Assembly (NCBI GenBank): GCA_965552055.1
Contig: CBEVQO010000006.1
Location: 32,001-96,000, forward strand
Length of the DNA stretch: 64,000 bases
Source of the DNA: an uncultured bacterium
GTDB taxonomy: Bacteria; Hydrothermota; UBA3073; NMUJ01; CBEVQO01
Reading direction: 5' to 3'
The translations under genes were made by a program, and so were the position numbers. Under the pieces are notes generated by a model. The model had not been told where the DNA came from. It did not search any database and worked only from the letters and a program-made list of their open reading frames with translations. Each line of letters begins with the position of its first letter. The first letter of the stretch is position 1. Positions 29,222-39,808 of the stretch are shown here, piece by piece.

Positions 29222-30354
29222 GTATCGCAGATTACATAAACATCTTCAGAAAACAACGAAGAATAATCTTATTCAATGTAATAACAATCACTTTGCTATC
29301 AATCCTTATAAGTTTAATTATTCCAAAGCGTTATACATCTACTGCAAAAATATTACCGCCCGCAAAGTTATCGATGTATCTCGGTATCTCCCCGCAGTAT
29401 TCAATGCAGCTCCCCAGTTTGCCCGGCTTGCAGATGTTCGGTGCTTCTCCATCCTTTATTCTTAAATCGATAATAGAATCGAGAAGCGTAAAGGAAGCAA
29501 TCATTGATAAATTTAACCTTATGGAAGTTTATAAATGCGATAAGAAAGTCGATGCTATAGAAAAATTAACAAAGCATACAAAAATAGAAATATCACCTGC
29601 AGGTGTTATAGAAATCAGTGTCACAGAAAAAACACCCGAACTTGCGAAGAATATAGCAGATGAATATATAAATCAGACAAACAAAGTTCTAATAAGAATC
29701 TGTAAAGAAAGTGGTAGATATGAAAGAGAATTCCTTGAGAAAAGGCTAAAAGAATTAGAAAAAGAGATGAAATGCTTGGAAGATACAATCGTAATGCTTC
29801 AGAAAAAACATGGTGTGCTTATTGGAGGTAAAAGCGAAATGTTTGCACTTGGAACAGAAGTAGAAGCTGCTATAGATATACTTGCCAAATTAAAAAGTGA
29901 ATTAATAGTTGCGGAAATCGAAAGAGATTATTTAAAAACGCAGATGAAAGAGGATAACCCTCTGGTGAAAGAGAAAGAACTTTATATAGCAAATTTACAG
30001 GATAAGATAAAAGAGATAGAAGAAAAAGGCAAAGGTTCTTTTGGTATCGGATTTTCTTTGCCGCTATCTGATGTGCCTCCTGTTGCGATGAAATTAACGG
30101 ATTTACTTTTTAAACTAAAAGTAGATAATCAGGTTTATATAGCTTTAAAAAATCAGTGGGAACTTGCGCGCTTAAATGAAATTAGGGATATTCCTGCTTT
30201 ACAGGTGCTTGATTATCCTGACCTACCCGAAGTAAAAAGTTTTCCCCGTCGCAAACTTATAGTGATGCTATCTTTTGCTTTCAGTCTATTTCTCGGTATG
30301 GTTCTTGCGATAATAAACGAAAAAATGGAGGGCGGAGATGTCAGATTTGTCTAA
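29218..30354 (+). CDS. Chain-length determinant (Wzz/GumC-like, no kinase domain)
   Basis: Two TMs, P.RYTSTAKILPP, coiled coil, VLD.P..PE.KS.PRR. Confidence 0.85.
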   Translation: MSIADYINIFRKQRRIILFNVITITLLSILISLIIPKRYTSTAKILPPAKLSMYLGISPQYSMQLPSLPGLQMFGASPSFILKSIIESRSVKEAIIDKFNLMEVYKCDKKVDAIEKLTKHTKIEISPAGVIEISVTEKTPELAKNIADEYINQTNKVLIRICKESGRYEREFLEKRLKELEKEMKCLEDTIVMLQKKHGVLIGGKSEMFALGTEVEAAIDILAKLKSELIVAEIERDYLKTQMKEDNPLVKEKELYIANLQDKIKEIEEKGKGSFGIGFSLPLSDVPPVAMKLTDLLFKLKVDNQVYIALKNQWELARLNEIRDIPALQVLDYPDLPEVKSFPRRKLIVMLSFAFSLFLGMVLAIINEKMEGGDVRFV

Positions 30355-31639
30355 GAAGATAGAGGATAAGAAAGCGATTGTTGGAGTTGTAGGACTTGGG
30401 TATGTCGGATTACCTTTACTGATAATGACCGCAAAAAAAGGGTTTAGAGGCATAGGATTTGATATCAAGGAAGAAAGAGTTAAAATGGTGAATTCTGGCA
30501 AATCCTATATCGAGGATGCAAAAGAGGAAGAGCTTGAAGAACTTGTTAAAAAGAAAAAAATAAGGGCAACATCTGACTTCGATGAAATAAAAGAATGCGA
30601 CATTGTTTTAATTTGTGTGCCCACGCCTCTTGACAAAAATAAAGTGCCAGATTTACGATATGTAATTGCTACATCCAATGAAATAAAAAAAAGGTTAAGA
30701 AAAGGTCAATTGATAATACTCAAAAGCACCTCCTTTCCTGAAACTACTGAGAAAGTTTTATTGCCTTTATTGTCGGAATCTGGCTTAAAAGTTGGGCAGG
30801 ATTTTTATCTTGCTTTTGCACCCGAAAGGATAGACCCTGGTAATCGCCGGTTTACAGTGGAAAATATCCCTGTAGTGGTTGGTGGAGTTACCCCTGAGTG
30901 CACTCGATTAGCATGCAAATTTTATGATAAATGCGGGATTAAAACTTTTGCAGTTTCATCACCCAGAGTCGCCGAGATGACAAAGCTTCTTGAAAATGTT
31001 TTCCGCAATGTTAATATTGCTCTTGTGAATGAGATGGCATTATTATGCGAAAGGATGGGAATAGACATATGGGAGGTAATAGAGGCAGCAGGCACAAAGC
31101 CCTTTGGCTTTATGAAATTTTATCCCGGACCGGGTGTCGGAGGGCATTGCATCCCGATAGACCCCTATTATCTTCTGTGGAAAGCACAGGAATACGATTT
31201 TCATACGAGTTTTATTGAGCTATCTGCCAGGATAAACGATAGCATGCCGTATCATGTTGTTCAGCTTGTAATGGATGCTTTAAGTGAGAATGGTATCTGT
31301 CCGAGAGATGCGAAAGTTCTGGTGCTGGGAGTTGCATTTAAGCGTGATGTAAAGGACAAAAGAGATTCCCCCGCATTAAAGGTTATCCAACTTTTAAAAG
31401 AAAAGGTTAAAAAAGTATATTACAATGACCCTTATATTACGGATTTAGAAAATGAGAATTATGTTGTGTTAACAGAGGAGAATTTAAGAAATGTGGATTG
31501 TGTTGTTATTACCACCGATCATTCACTTTACGATTATAAATGGATAGTAGAAAATTCAAAAATTATAGTTGATACAAGGAATGCCACCAAAGGGATAAAT
31601 GCTGAAAAAATTTACAAACTTGGATGTGGAAAAATTTAA
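30338..31639 (+). CDS. UDP-N-acetylhexosamine 6-dehydrogenase (WbpA/WecC family)
   Basis: GLGYVGLP, PERIDPG, KLLENVFR.VNIA, GPGVGGHCI. Confidence 0.92.
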   Translation: MSDLSKKIEDKKAIVGVVGLGYVGLPLLIMTAKKGFRGIGFDIKEERVKMVNSGKSYIEDAKEEELEELVKKKKIRATSDFDEIKECDIVLICVPTPLDKNKVPDLRYVIATSNEIKKRLRKGQLIILKSTSFPETTEKVLLPLLSESGLKVGQDFYLAFAPERIDPGNRRFTVENIPVVVGGVTPECTRLACKFYDKCGIKTFAVSSPRVAEMTKLLENVFRNVNIALVNEMALLCERMGIDIWEVIEAAGTKPFGFMKFYPGPGVGGHCIPIDPYYLLWKAQEYDFHTSFIELSARINDSMPYHVVQLVMDALSENGICPRDAKVLVLGVAFKRDVKDKRDSPALKVIQLLKEKVKKVYYNDPYITDLENENYVVLTEENLRNVDCVVITTDHSLYDYKWIVENSKIIVDTRNATKGINAEKIYKLGCGKI

Positions 31640-32969
31640 ATTAAAAAGATATTTCTTTTTGATGATAATTTTAGGTATTATTTATTCTTTCCTAAGCGCA
31701 TATCTAAAGTTCAGTTTTTCTATAAAACTTTTTATTATCCTATCATCTTTGGTGTGGAGTTTTCTTAAAGATTTTCGGCATCGTTTTTTTTATGCTTCGC
31801 TTTTACATTTTTTATTTCCAATTCCTCTTTTTAAGTTTAAAGTTTTCAAAACACCCATCACAACTATCGGAATACATAGTTTTCACTCAGCTGATATTTT
31901 GTTTTTTGCCTTTTTCTTATTCGTTTTACGAGACTTTCTTGAAAAAAAAAGCCATAAAGACATTTTTTCATTCGCTATATTTTTAATGTGGTGGGGATAT
32001 TTGCTTGGTACCATAGTTTCTCATCAGAAACTATATTTTTTGACCTACTGGCTATCTATGTTAGGAGGCTACCTTATTTATAAATATCTTCTCTTCAATT
32101 TTGAAAATCTAAATCAAACTCGTCTTATTTTTTTAATTCTTTTTGTTTTTGTCTTAATAGCATGTTTGCACGGTCTTGCTGTACATTTTAAAATTATACC
32201 TGCTCCTGTTGAAGAATCATACCAATTTCGGGCAAGAGCCTTTTTTGCTAATCCTAATGCTCTTGGTGCAATGATTGCATTTTTTACACCATTGCTAATT
32301 TGTTATACTCTTGCATTTAATACATATTGGTTATTGTATTTTTTACCTTTCTATTTCTTGGCATTATTACTTACATTTTCAAGATCCAGTTATCTAGCAT
32401 TTATTTCTGGATTGATCGTTTTAACTTTCCTCATTAGGCGTAAGCATAGAAAATCTTTTCAAATTCTTGCTTTTTCTTTATTTTCTGTATTGCTCTTTCT
32501 TTTGACTTATTCACCTACATTATATCGTATTTTAAGTAGTTTTAGTTTAAAGGAAGATATAGGAATTATTTGTAGATTAAAATTATGGAATCTTTCAATT
32601 AAATTGTTTTTGCATTCACCTATATGGGGAAATGGGGATTTTCCCACTTTTTGTGTGAAAAGCGGTCTTTATACTTTTGGCGATCCTCACAATTTATATT
32701 TGCATCTTCTGTCCACAATGGGATTGATTGGTTTTACAAGTTGGATTTTACTTTTCGTTAGCATATTTAAGGGGCTAAAATCAGCGATATACTGTGAAGA
32801 TAAGAAAATTTCATTTCTTGCGATAGGATTTATCTGTAGTTGGATATGCTTTCTGATACATAATTTCTTCAGTATAGAATGGACAAGGATAGCGCATTCT
32901 ACTGAAATGAGAATTTTATGGATAAATCTTGGATTAACCAATTTAATTATTCAATGGTCAAGGAAATGA
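31599..32969 (+). CDS. O-antigen ligase/polymerase family protein
   Basis: Multi-TM; FANPNALG, TFSRS, R..LW, PHNLYL. Confidence 0.85.
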   Translation: MLKKFTNLDVEKFKLKRYFFLMIILGIIYSFLSAYLKFSFSIKLFIILSSLVWSFLKDFRHRFFYASLLHFLFPIPLFKFKVFKTPITTIGIHSFHSADILFFAFFLFVLRDFLEKKSHKDIFSFAIFLMWWGYLLGTIVSHQKLYFLTYWLSMLGGYLIYKYLLFNFENLNQTRLIFLILFVFVLIACLHGLAVHFKIIPAPVEESYQFRARAFFANPNALGAMIAFFTPLLICYTLAFNTYWLLYFLPFYFLALLLTFSRSSYLAFISGLIVLTFLIRRKHRKSFQILAFSLFSVLLFLLTYSPTLYRILSSFSLKEDIGIICRLKLWNLSIKLFLHSPIWGNGDFPTFCVKSGLYTFGDPHNLYLHLLSTMGLIGFTSWILLFVSIFKGLKSAIYCEDKKISFLAIGFICSWICFLIHNFFSIEWTRIAHSTEMRILWINLGLTNLIIQWSRK

Positions 32970-32994
32970 AGAACATTGTTTCAAATAAATGTAG

Positions 32995-34116
32995 GTGTCG
33001 TTTATTTATTGGCTAAAAGTGTTGAAAAGGATTAAACTTATATTTTTGTCTCTCTTGTCTCTTATTCTATTTCCGATTCATTTACTTTCGAAGAAAGATA
33101 AAATCAATCTTCAATATGTTAGAAATATTCTTATTTTTTATTTATCCGGTATCGGCAACGCTGTAATGCTAACACCCTTTTTAACTAATTTGATAAGAAT
33201 TTTTAAAAATAGAAAAATAAAATGCATGTTTTTAAAAAACGGCTCCATAGATTTAATTAAGCATTTAGGGTTGAGTATCGAAGAAATCTCAAAAAGTGAT
33301 TTCAGTAATCCTTTTAAATTTATTCTATTAGCCTTAAAATTGAGAAAGGAAAAATTTGATATTGCCTTTTTACCTTATCCGAATCAAAAAATGAGAGGAG
33401 CTATTCTGATGAAATTAGCAGATATTCCTGTTACCATAGGACACATGTATAAAACAGGATTTATTAAAAATAATCCTTGCTTTCTTACATTTCCGGTAAA
33501 ACTGGAAAACAAACATGATGCTGAGAAAAATTTGGATTTGCTTCGAATATTAGGTTTAAAAATTGAAGAAAAAAAATTATTTTTGAAAATTATTAAGAAT
33601 AATCGGATTGACGGCTTTTTGAAAAAATTTAATCAAAGGAATAAAAAAATAGCTTTACACTTGGGTGACAAAGAATACAAAGACTGGGGGGAAGAAAATT
33701 TCGTTAAATTAATTACATTGATAAAGAAAAATTTTAATTGCGATATCTTTTTATTAGGTAGCGGGAAAGATAGATATGTTGACGGAACAATTGATTTACG
33801 AAATAAAATGAATTTAGAAGAAGTAACTTACTTTATAAGTAGGATGGACTTAATTATTGGAAATGACACGGGATTAATGCATATTGCTGAAGCAGTGGAC
33901 ACTCCTTTTATTGCAATTTTCGGTCCAACAGACCCAATGAGGATAGGTCCTTATACAAAATCTAACAAATTTGTGGCTGTCTATAAAAACCTGCCTTGCA
34001 GACCATGTTATAAAATAGATGAGCCTATCGTATGTAAGTATAAAAAGTGTCTCAAAGAAATAAAAGTTGAAGAAGTTTACAAAATAGTATCAAGTATTCT
34101 AACAAACTCAGAATAA
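32995..34116 (+). CDS. Glycosyltransferase family 9 (heptosyltransferase-like)
   Basis: GIGNAVM.TP, GNDTGLMHIA, IFGPT, C.PC. Confidence 0.88.
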   Translation: MSFIYWLKVLKRIKLIFLSLLSLILFPIHLLSKKDKINLQYVRNILIFYLSGIGNAVMLTPFLTNLIRIFKNRKIKCMFLKNGSIDLIKHLGLSIEEISKSDFSNPFKFILLALKLRKEKFDIAFLPYPNQKMRGAILMKLADIPVTIGHMYKTGFIKNNPCFLTFPVKLENKHDAEKNLDLLRILGLKIEEKKLFLKIIKNNRIDGFLKKFNQRNKKIALHLGDKEYKDWGEENFVKLITLIKKNFNCDIFLLGSGKDRYVDGTIDLRNKMNLEEVTYFISRMDLIIGNDTGLMHIAEAVDTPFIAIFGPTDPMRIGPYTKSNKFVAVYKNLPCRPCYKIDEPIVCKYKKCLKEIKVEEVYKIVSSILTNSE

Positions 34117-35192
34117 GTAGCATCTAAAGAGAATTTCAATGCTCTTTTTTTTGCTATTTTTGAAAGTTTATCATAGATTTCCTTATTCTCAAGTTGACGA
34201 ATAGCTTTTATCCATTCTTCCACTTTATAAGGCTCACTGATGGGAATCCCTGCTCCATTTATTGGTTCCCTTAATCCCTCAAAATTCGAATATATTACTG
34301 GAATTCCATTTACCATAGCTTCTATTGCGACTCTACCAAAAGAACCGGGATTTGCAATTGGAAATAGTAGACATCGGGCATACTTGTAAACCTGTCGCAT
34401 ATCTTTAACATATCCCTTATATTCAACATTTGGAGGCAAATTTTCTAATTTCTCCCCTACTAACATAAATCTACATTCGGGTAATCTTTTAGCTACTTCT
34501 AAAAAAATATCATATCCTTTATCTTTAGATTTGCGGGGCAAAATATAAAGAATATAACGAGGAACTTTTTCTGAGACCCTATATTGCTCGAGGTCTATAA
34601 AAGGATAAATCACATCGGAGTCAATTTTATACCATCGGTAACATAGTTTTTTCATGTAATATGTGTTTGATATTACTCTATCTGCTATTTTTAAGCTTAA
34701 TCTATGCCAAAGTAATTTCAAGAAATATAAAGGATAAAAAAATTTTTGTTTACCTTTTAAGCACTTGTAACACCTTCTATCGCATCTTTGCCAATTCATA
34801 AAATCAATTGTCATGCAAAAATGCTCATAACTTCTTAAAAATACAATAACAGGGATTTTGAAAATTTTCGCAATAGTAACTCCCAAAGGAGTATAAGCTA
34901 TTTGTGTGATTATTAAGTCAGGTTTTATTAACTTTACCTTTTTAAAAATTGCGAAAAACCATTTAATTATATTCACAAAAGTTAACATAGGGAAAAATTT
35001 GCTTGCTGTTTTGTAGTTTCTATAAATTATTTTATACCCTTCGATTTCTTTTTCTTCATTACGCTCTCCGTAGCATATTGCATAAATTTCTACTTTTTTG
35101 TCTTCCCTTAGTTTTCTTAACAAAGTTAGCAGAGAGATTTCTCCCCCTCCTTTCGGTGGAATGAAAGATTTAGCTATAACCAGTATTTTCAT
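34077..35192 (-). CDS. Glycosyltransferase family 4
   Basis: GGGE, KG, SFGRVAIEAM.NGIPVI. Confidence 0.88.
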   Translation of the reverse strand: MKILVIAKSFIPPKGGGEISLLTLLRKLREDKKVEIYAICYGERNEEKEIEGYKIIYRNYKTASKFFPMLTFVNIIKWFFAIFKKVKLIKPDLIITQIAYTPLGVTIAKIFKIPVIVFLRSYEHFCMTIDFMNWQRCDRRCYKCLKGKQKFFYPLYFLKLLWHRLSLKIADRVISNTYYMKKLCYRWYKIDSDVIYPFIDLEQYRVSEKVPRYILYILPRKSKDKGYDIFLEVAKRLPECRFMLVGEKLENLPPNVEYKGYVKDMRQVYKYARCLLFPIANPGSFGRVAIEAMVNGIPVIYSNFEGLREPINGAGIPISEPYKVEEWIKAIRQLENKEIYDKLSKIAKKRALKFSLDATYSEFVRILDTIL

Positions 35193-36460
35193 TTTAACTC
35201 TAAAAAGCTTAAAACTTTTTTATAATTTATTTTGAACATATTTATTACTTTTATTGTAATTAATCTGCGAAGAATTAATACAGCTACTACTCCCGTTAAT
35301 GTATAAGAGATTGAGGAAGCAATTGCAGCTCCTACTACCCCGTATTTCGGTATCAGCACGAAATCGAGAGGTAACATTGTAAAACAACTTATAACGCTCA
35401 ACAAACTGCCATATTCGGGATGACCCTTTCCATGAAATACACTGCTTGAAATTTTAGCAATACTTATAGCTATAACTCCCGGAAAAAGCCAGAGCATAGG
35501 AGAATATGACCCTAAAAAGGGTTTTCCCCACAGGAGATTGATTAAAAATTTCCCCGCTATGACCAGTAAGAAAATACCGATAAAAAGAATAAGAATAACA
35601 CCTCCCATTGTTTTTTCGGTATAGTTACGAATTTCTTCATCGGAAGAAGAAGCTACTCTTGGTAATAATGAGGTGGCAAAAGCCCCTGGCAAATGCCATA
35701 GCATTTCAGCAAGCGATACACTCACGGAATAAATACCAACAGCCGATGCTCCTGCGAAATAATTTAAAATAAAATTATCCGCCCGTAGATTGATAAATCG
35801 TATAAGAACACCTACCTGTGCCCGTATCCCGTATGATAGCATTTGCAAAAGCAGTTTAAAATCAGGAAAAAGGACGGGCTTAATTTTAATAGATAGCAAA
35901 ATTAGGTTTAAAATACCTGAAAGGAAAAAAGCAGAAGATAAAGAAATTATGGCAAAATTTATCCCCCTTTTCGCAAATATTGATACAAGTAAAAATGTGA
36001 AAAAAGCTACAGATATGTTTGATAAAAAATATAAATTAAAATCTTTAAGACCCTGAAAATAAGCAATTGCACATCTGGTTATAGTAAAAGCAGGAATACA
36101 AATTGTTCCTAAAATAAAAAATTTTTCATTTAAATTGCGAAGAGGATGGGAAATAAACCATTTTGTTTTTGAAATGAGTATAATTACAAAAATGATTCCC
36201 AAAAGTATTGAAAAATAAAGAATGTTTGTCAAAATTTTTTTTCTCTTTTCTGGATACTTACTTACATAATAAGCGGTGGCTTCTTCCATTCCAAATGCGA
36301 TAAACAAAGAACCAAACCAGGGAATAAGTTTGACAATTTCAAAGATTCCTTTACCTGTGGTTCCCAATGTCCTTGCTATTATAATTGATGTTAAAAAACC
36401 AAAGAAAAAACGAGTAAATTGACTTAAAAAAACTTTTGTGCTATCTTTTATGAACCTCAC
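35189..36460 (-). CDS. Wzx-type flippase
   Basis: IARTLG..G.G, VGIYS.S, LIPKYG..GAAIAS. Confidence 0.88.
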   Translation of the reverse strand: MRFIKDSTKVFLSQFTRFFFGFLTSIIIARTLGTTGKGIFEIVKLIPWFGSLFIAFGMEEATAYYVSKYPEKRKKILTNILYFSILLGIIFVIILISKTKWFISHPLRNLNEKFFILGTICIPAFTITRCAIAYFQGLKDFNLYFLSNISVAFFTFLLVSIFAKRGINFAIISLSSAFFLSGILNLILLSIKIKPVLFPDFKLLLQMLSYGIRAQVGVLIRFINLRADNFILNYFAGASAVGIYSVSVSLAEMLWHLPGAFATSLLPRVASSSDEEIRNYTEKTMGGVILILFIGIFLLVIAGKFLINLLWGKPFLGSYSPMLWLFPGVIAISIAKISSSVFHGKGHPEYGSLLSVISCFTMLPLDFVLIPKYGVVGAAIASSISYTLTGVVAVLILRRLITIKVINMFKINYKKVLSFLELK

Positions 36461-36484
36461 TTTTTAATTTTAAAAATTGATGAA

Positions 36485-39400
36485 TCAAGGTTTAATTCCT
36501 CCTATTTGTACCGCTTCTTTCCCGACGATTTCTCTCAATTTTGATAATAATTCTCTTGTCGGATTTACCTTCAATTCTTTCGGTTTAAACACTTTTCTAC
36601 CTTTTTCGTTTTCTCTTAATTCTATCAACACATCGCATAATCCTTTTGATTTTTCCATTGTTGATTTTAATTTCTCGAGTAAATCTCGTGTTAGACCAAC
36701 CGGTGATAAAGTTATTTTAACCCATCTTACAAATCTTCGTCTTACATCTTTTAAAGGTATTACATCATCTGCCACAATGTATTTTGAATTTTCTCTTTCA
36801 CTTATTTTGCCCTTTATAAGTAGCATTTTTTCATTTTCAATTGTTAATCTTTTATCACGCAATAAATTGGGTAAAATCAAGACTCTACAATCACCTGTGA
36901 AATCTTCCAAAGTAAGCCACATTAATTCTTTTTCTGGAACTGGTTTTGTATTTATGACCATTCCAGCTATAACAACTTCTGCCCCATCTTCGTAATCTGT
37001 GATGGTTGAAGATATGGGTTGTGCAAATACATTTATTTCGTCTTCATATTGATCAAGCGGATGCCCTGATAGATAAAATCCAAGCACTTCTTTCTCATGT
37101 GATAACATTTCTTCAAAAGTCCATTTTGCAGGATGGGCTTCCTGTGCACTACCAAAAAGTGAGATTTGTGGTGTCATCTTTTTATCAACCATTGATAATA
37201 ATTTTGCCCGGTTCTTATCGAGGCAATCGAAAGCCCCCGCTTTTATAAGAGATTCGAGCGCTTTTTTATTAATCTGGGTTCTTGTTAAAAAGTCAGAAAA
37301 TGATTTAAATGGTCTTTTTCTCTTTATTTCTTCTGCGTCTTTCATACCTACATGTTTTATAGCAGCAAGCCCATATCTTATACCTCCATTTTCAGGCTTA
37401 AACTCTCCGTTACTTTTGTTAATATCAGGTGGAAGTATTTTTATTCCCATTTTCTCGCATTCTTTAACGAGTCTTGCAATTTCATCTGTATTCGTTAATT
37501 CACAATTAAATGTTGCTGTCATAAATTCTATAGGATAATGAGCTTTCAAATAAGCCGTCTGATACGACAAAAAAGCATAAGCAGTTGAATGTGATTTATT
37601 AAATCCATATTCGGCAAATCCTTCTATGTCTGCAAATAATCTTTCGGCAAATTCTTTATCAAAACCTTTTTCGACTGCACCTTTTATAAATGACTCTCTT
37701 TCTTTTTTCATGATATCTTCTTGCTTTTTGCTTATCGCTTTTCTCAAAATATCAGCTTTGCCCATTGTATACCCTGCAACAACATTCGCTATTCTCATTA
37801 TTTGTTCTTGATAGAGCATCACTCCGTAAGTTTCTTTTAAAATGGGTTCAAGTGCAGGATGCGGATAAACTACTTCTTCTTTTCCTTTTCTTCTTTTTAT
37901 AAACATATCTTTAAATACTGCAGGACCAGGGCGATGTAAAGCGATTACTGCAATTAAATCTTCGATGCTTTCTGGTTCTACTTTCCGTAAAATATCGCGC
38001 ATGCCTTCACTTTCGCCCAGCTGGAAAACTCCAATGGTATCACCCCGCTTTATCATATCAAAAGTTTTTTTATCATCAAGAGGAATTTTTATTTTTTTAC
38101 CTATCATTTTCAATGTTTTATCAATTATGGTTAATGTTTTTAAGCCGAGTACATCAATTTTAAGCAAACCGAGTTGTTCGAGTGAATCTTTATCAAATTG
38201 TGTTATTATTTCGTCATCCTTTGTTTTATAAAGAGGTACATATTCTGTCAATTCTTTTGGTGTTATCAAAATACCAGCTGCATGTTTTGATGCATGGCGT
38301 GCAAGGCCTTCAAGTTTTAAAGCAATTTCTATTAATTCTTTGTATTCTTTCTTTTTCTTTATAAGTGCTGAAAATTCAGGGTCATCAAGTGCTTCTTTTA
38401 AATTTTTTGCAGTCTTAGGTATTGCCTTTGTTATTCTATCAACCTCACTATAGGGTATTTCGAGCACTCTTCCGACATCTCTTATTGCTGCTTTCGCTTG
38501 CATCGTATCAAATGTTATTATCTGACAAGTTTTCTCCTGACCATATTTTTTCACGAGATATTCAATAACTTCATCGCGCCTGTCATGCTGGAAGTCTATA
38601 TCAACATCTGGCATAGATACTCTTTCGGGATTCAAAAATCTTTCAAAAAGTAAGCCATATTTCAATGGGTCTATTTCTGTTACTTTTAAAGCATAAAGAA
38701 CTATACTTCCCACTGCTGAGCCTCTTCCCGGTCCTACCCTTATTCCTTTGGCTCTGGCAGCATCAACAAGATCTTTTATTATAAGGAAGTATCCGGCGTA
38801 ACCCATTTCCTTTATTATCTTCATCTCGTAATTGAAACGCTCAACCACTTCTTTTGGCAAATCAGGGTATCTTTCTCTTAATCCCTGCCATGCGATATGT
38901 TCAAGATATTCATAGGTGGTTTTAAAGCCTTCTGGTAAAGGATATTCCGGTAATTTCACTTTTGTAGGGTCTAATTCAAGATTTAAATTACATCTTTCTG
39001 CAATTTCTATCGTGTTATAAATTGCCTCAGGATGATCGGAGAATAAATTTTCCATTTCTTCCTGGGACTTGAAATAAAGTTCTTTACTTTCAAACTTCAA
39101 CCTGTTTTGGTCTCTCCTTTTTGATTGTGTTTGAATACAAAGCAATACATCATGTGCATCTGCATCTTCTTTATGTAAATAGTGACAATCATTTGTAGCT
39201 ACAGTTTTTATCTTCATTTCTTTTGACCATTCCATTAATTTTGCATTTACAATGTCGTTCCCTTCTAAACCCAATCTCATTAACTCAAAATAAAAATTAT
39301 CCTTTCCGAAAATTTCAAGATATTCTTCTACCGCTTTTTTTGCCCTCTCTTCTTGTCCATTCAGAATATAATAAGGAATTTCTCCATGAAGACAACCCGA

Positions 39401-39808
39401 TAATGCAATTAGCCCTTCTTTATACTTTCTAAGGTCATTTTTATCAATTCTTGGTTTATAGTAAAAGCCTTCGGTATAACCTATTGTAGCTAATTTCATC
39501 AAATTTTTATATCCTTTTTCATTTTCTACAAGTAAAGTAAGATGAAATGCTGGTGTTCTGCCTTCTATCGTTCTTTTTTCAGTTTTATCAAATGGCACAA
39601 GATATGCTTCCATCCCGATTATTGGCTTGATTCCTGCTTCCTGCATAATTTTATAAAATTGTATTACGCCAAACATATTGCCGTGGTCTGTTATAGCAAC
39701 TGCACGCATTTTGTATTGTTGGGCAAGTTCAGCTAAATCTTTAAGCTTACACGCTCCATCTAACAAACTATAAGATGTATGAACATGTAAATGTACAAAC
39801 TCAGCCAT
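36485..39808 (-). CDS. dnaE: DNA polymerase III alpha subunit
   Basis: HLHVHTSYSLLDG, GPGRGSAVGS, FERFLNPER.SMPDVDIDF, YGFNKSH. Confidence 0.97.
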   Translation of the reverse strand: MAEFVHLHVHTSYSLLDGACKLKDLAELAQQYKMRAVAITDHGNMFGVIQFYKIMQEAGIKPIIGMEAYLVPFDKTEKRTIEGRTPAFHLTLLVENEKGYKNLMKLATIGYTEGFYYKPRIDKNDLRKYKEGLIALSGCLHGEIPYYILNGQEERAKKAVEEYLEIFGKDNFYFELMRLGLEGNDIVNAKLMEWSKEMKIKTVATNDCHYLHKEDADAHDVLLCIQTQSKRRDQNRLKFESKELYFKSQEEMENLFSDHPEAIYNTIEIAERCNLNLELDPTKVKLPEYPLPEGFKTTYEYLEHIAWQGLRERYPDLPKEVVERFNYEMKIIKEMGYAGYFLIIKDLVDAARAKGIRVGPGRGSAVGSIVLYALKVTEIDPLKYGLLFERFLNPERVSMPDVDIDFQHDRRDEVIEYLVKKYGQEKTCQIITFDTMQAKAAIRDVGRVLEIPYSEVDRITKAIPKTAKNLKEALDDPEFSALIKKKKEYKELIEIALKLEGLARHASKHAAGILITPKELTEYVPLYKTKDDEIITQFDKDSLEQLGLLKIDVLGLKTLTIIDKTLKMIGKKIKIPLDDKKTFDMIKRGDTIGVFQLGESEGMRDILRKVEPESIEDLIAVIALHRPGPAVFKDMFIKRRKGKEEVVYPHPALEPILKETYGVMLYQEQIMRIANVVAGYTMGKADILRKAISKKQEDIMKKERESFIKGAVEKGFDKEFAERLFADIEGFAEYGFNKSHSTAYAFLSYQTAYLKAHYPIEFMTATFNCELTNTDEIARLVKECEKMGIKILPPDINKSNGEFKPENGGIRYGLAAIKHVGMKDAEEIKRKRPFKSFSDFLTRTQINKKALESLIKAGAFDCLDKNRAKLLSMVDKKMTPQISLFGSAQEAHPAKWTFEEMLSHEKEVLGFYLSGHPLDQYEDEINVFAQPISSTITDYEDGAEVVIAGMVINTKPVPEKELMWLTLEDFTGDCRVLILPNLLRDKRLTIENEKMLLIKGKISERENSKYIVADDVIPLKDVRRRFVRWVKITLSPVGLTRDLLEKLKSTMEKSKGLCDVLIELRENEKGRKVFKPKELKVNPTRELLSKLREIVGKEAVQIGGIKP

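Noticed and set aside
36485..39808. Intein in DnaE
   Set aside because: Length (1107 aa) and motif spacing leave no room; no intein motifs seen.
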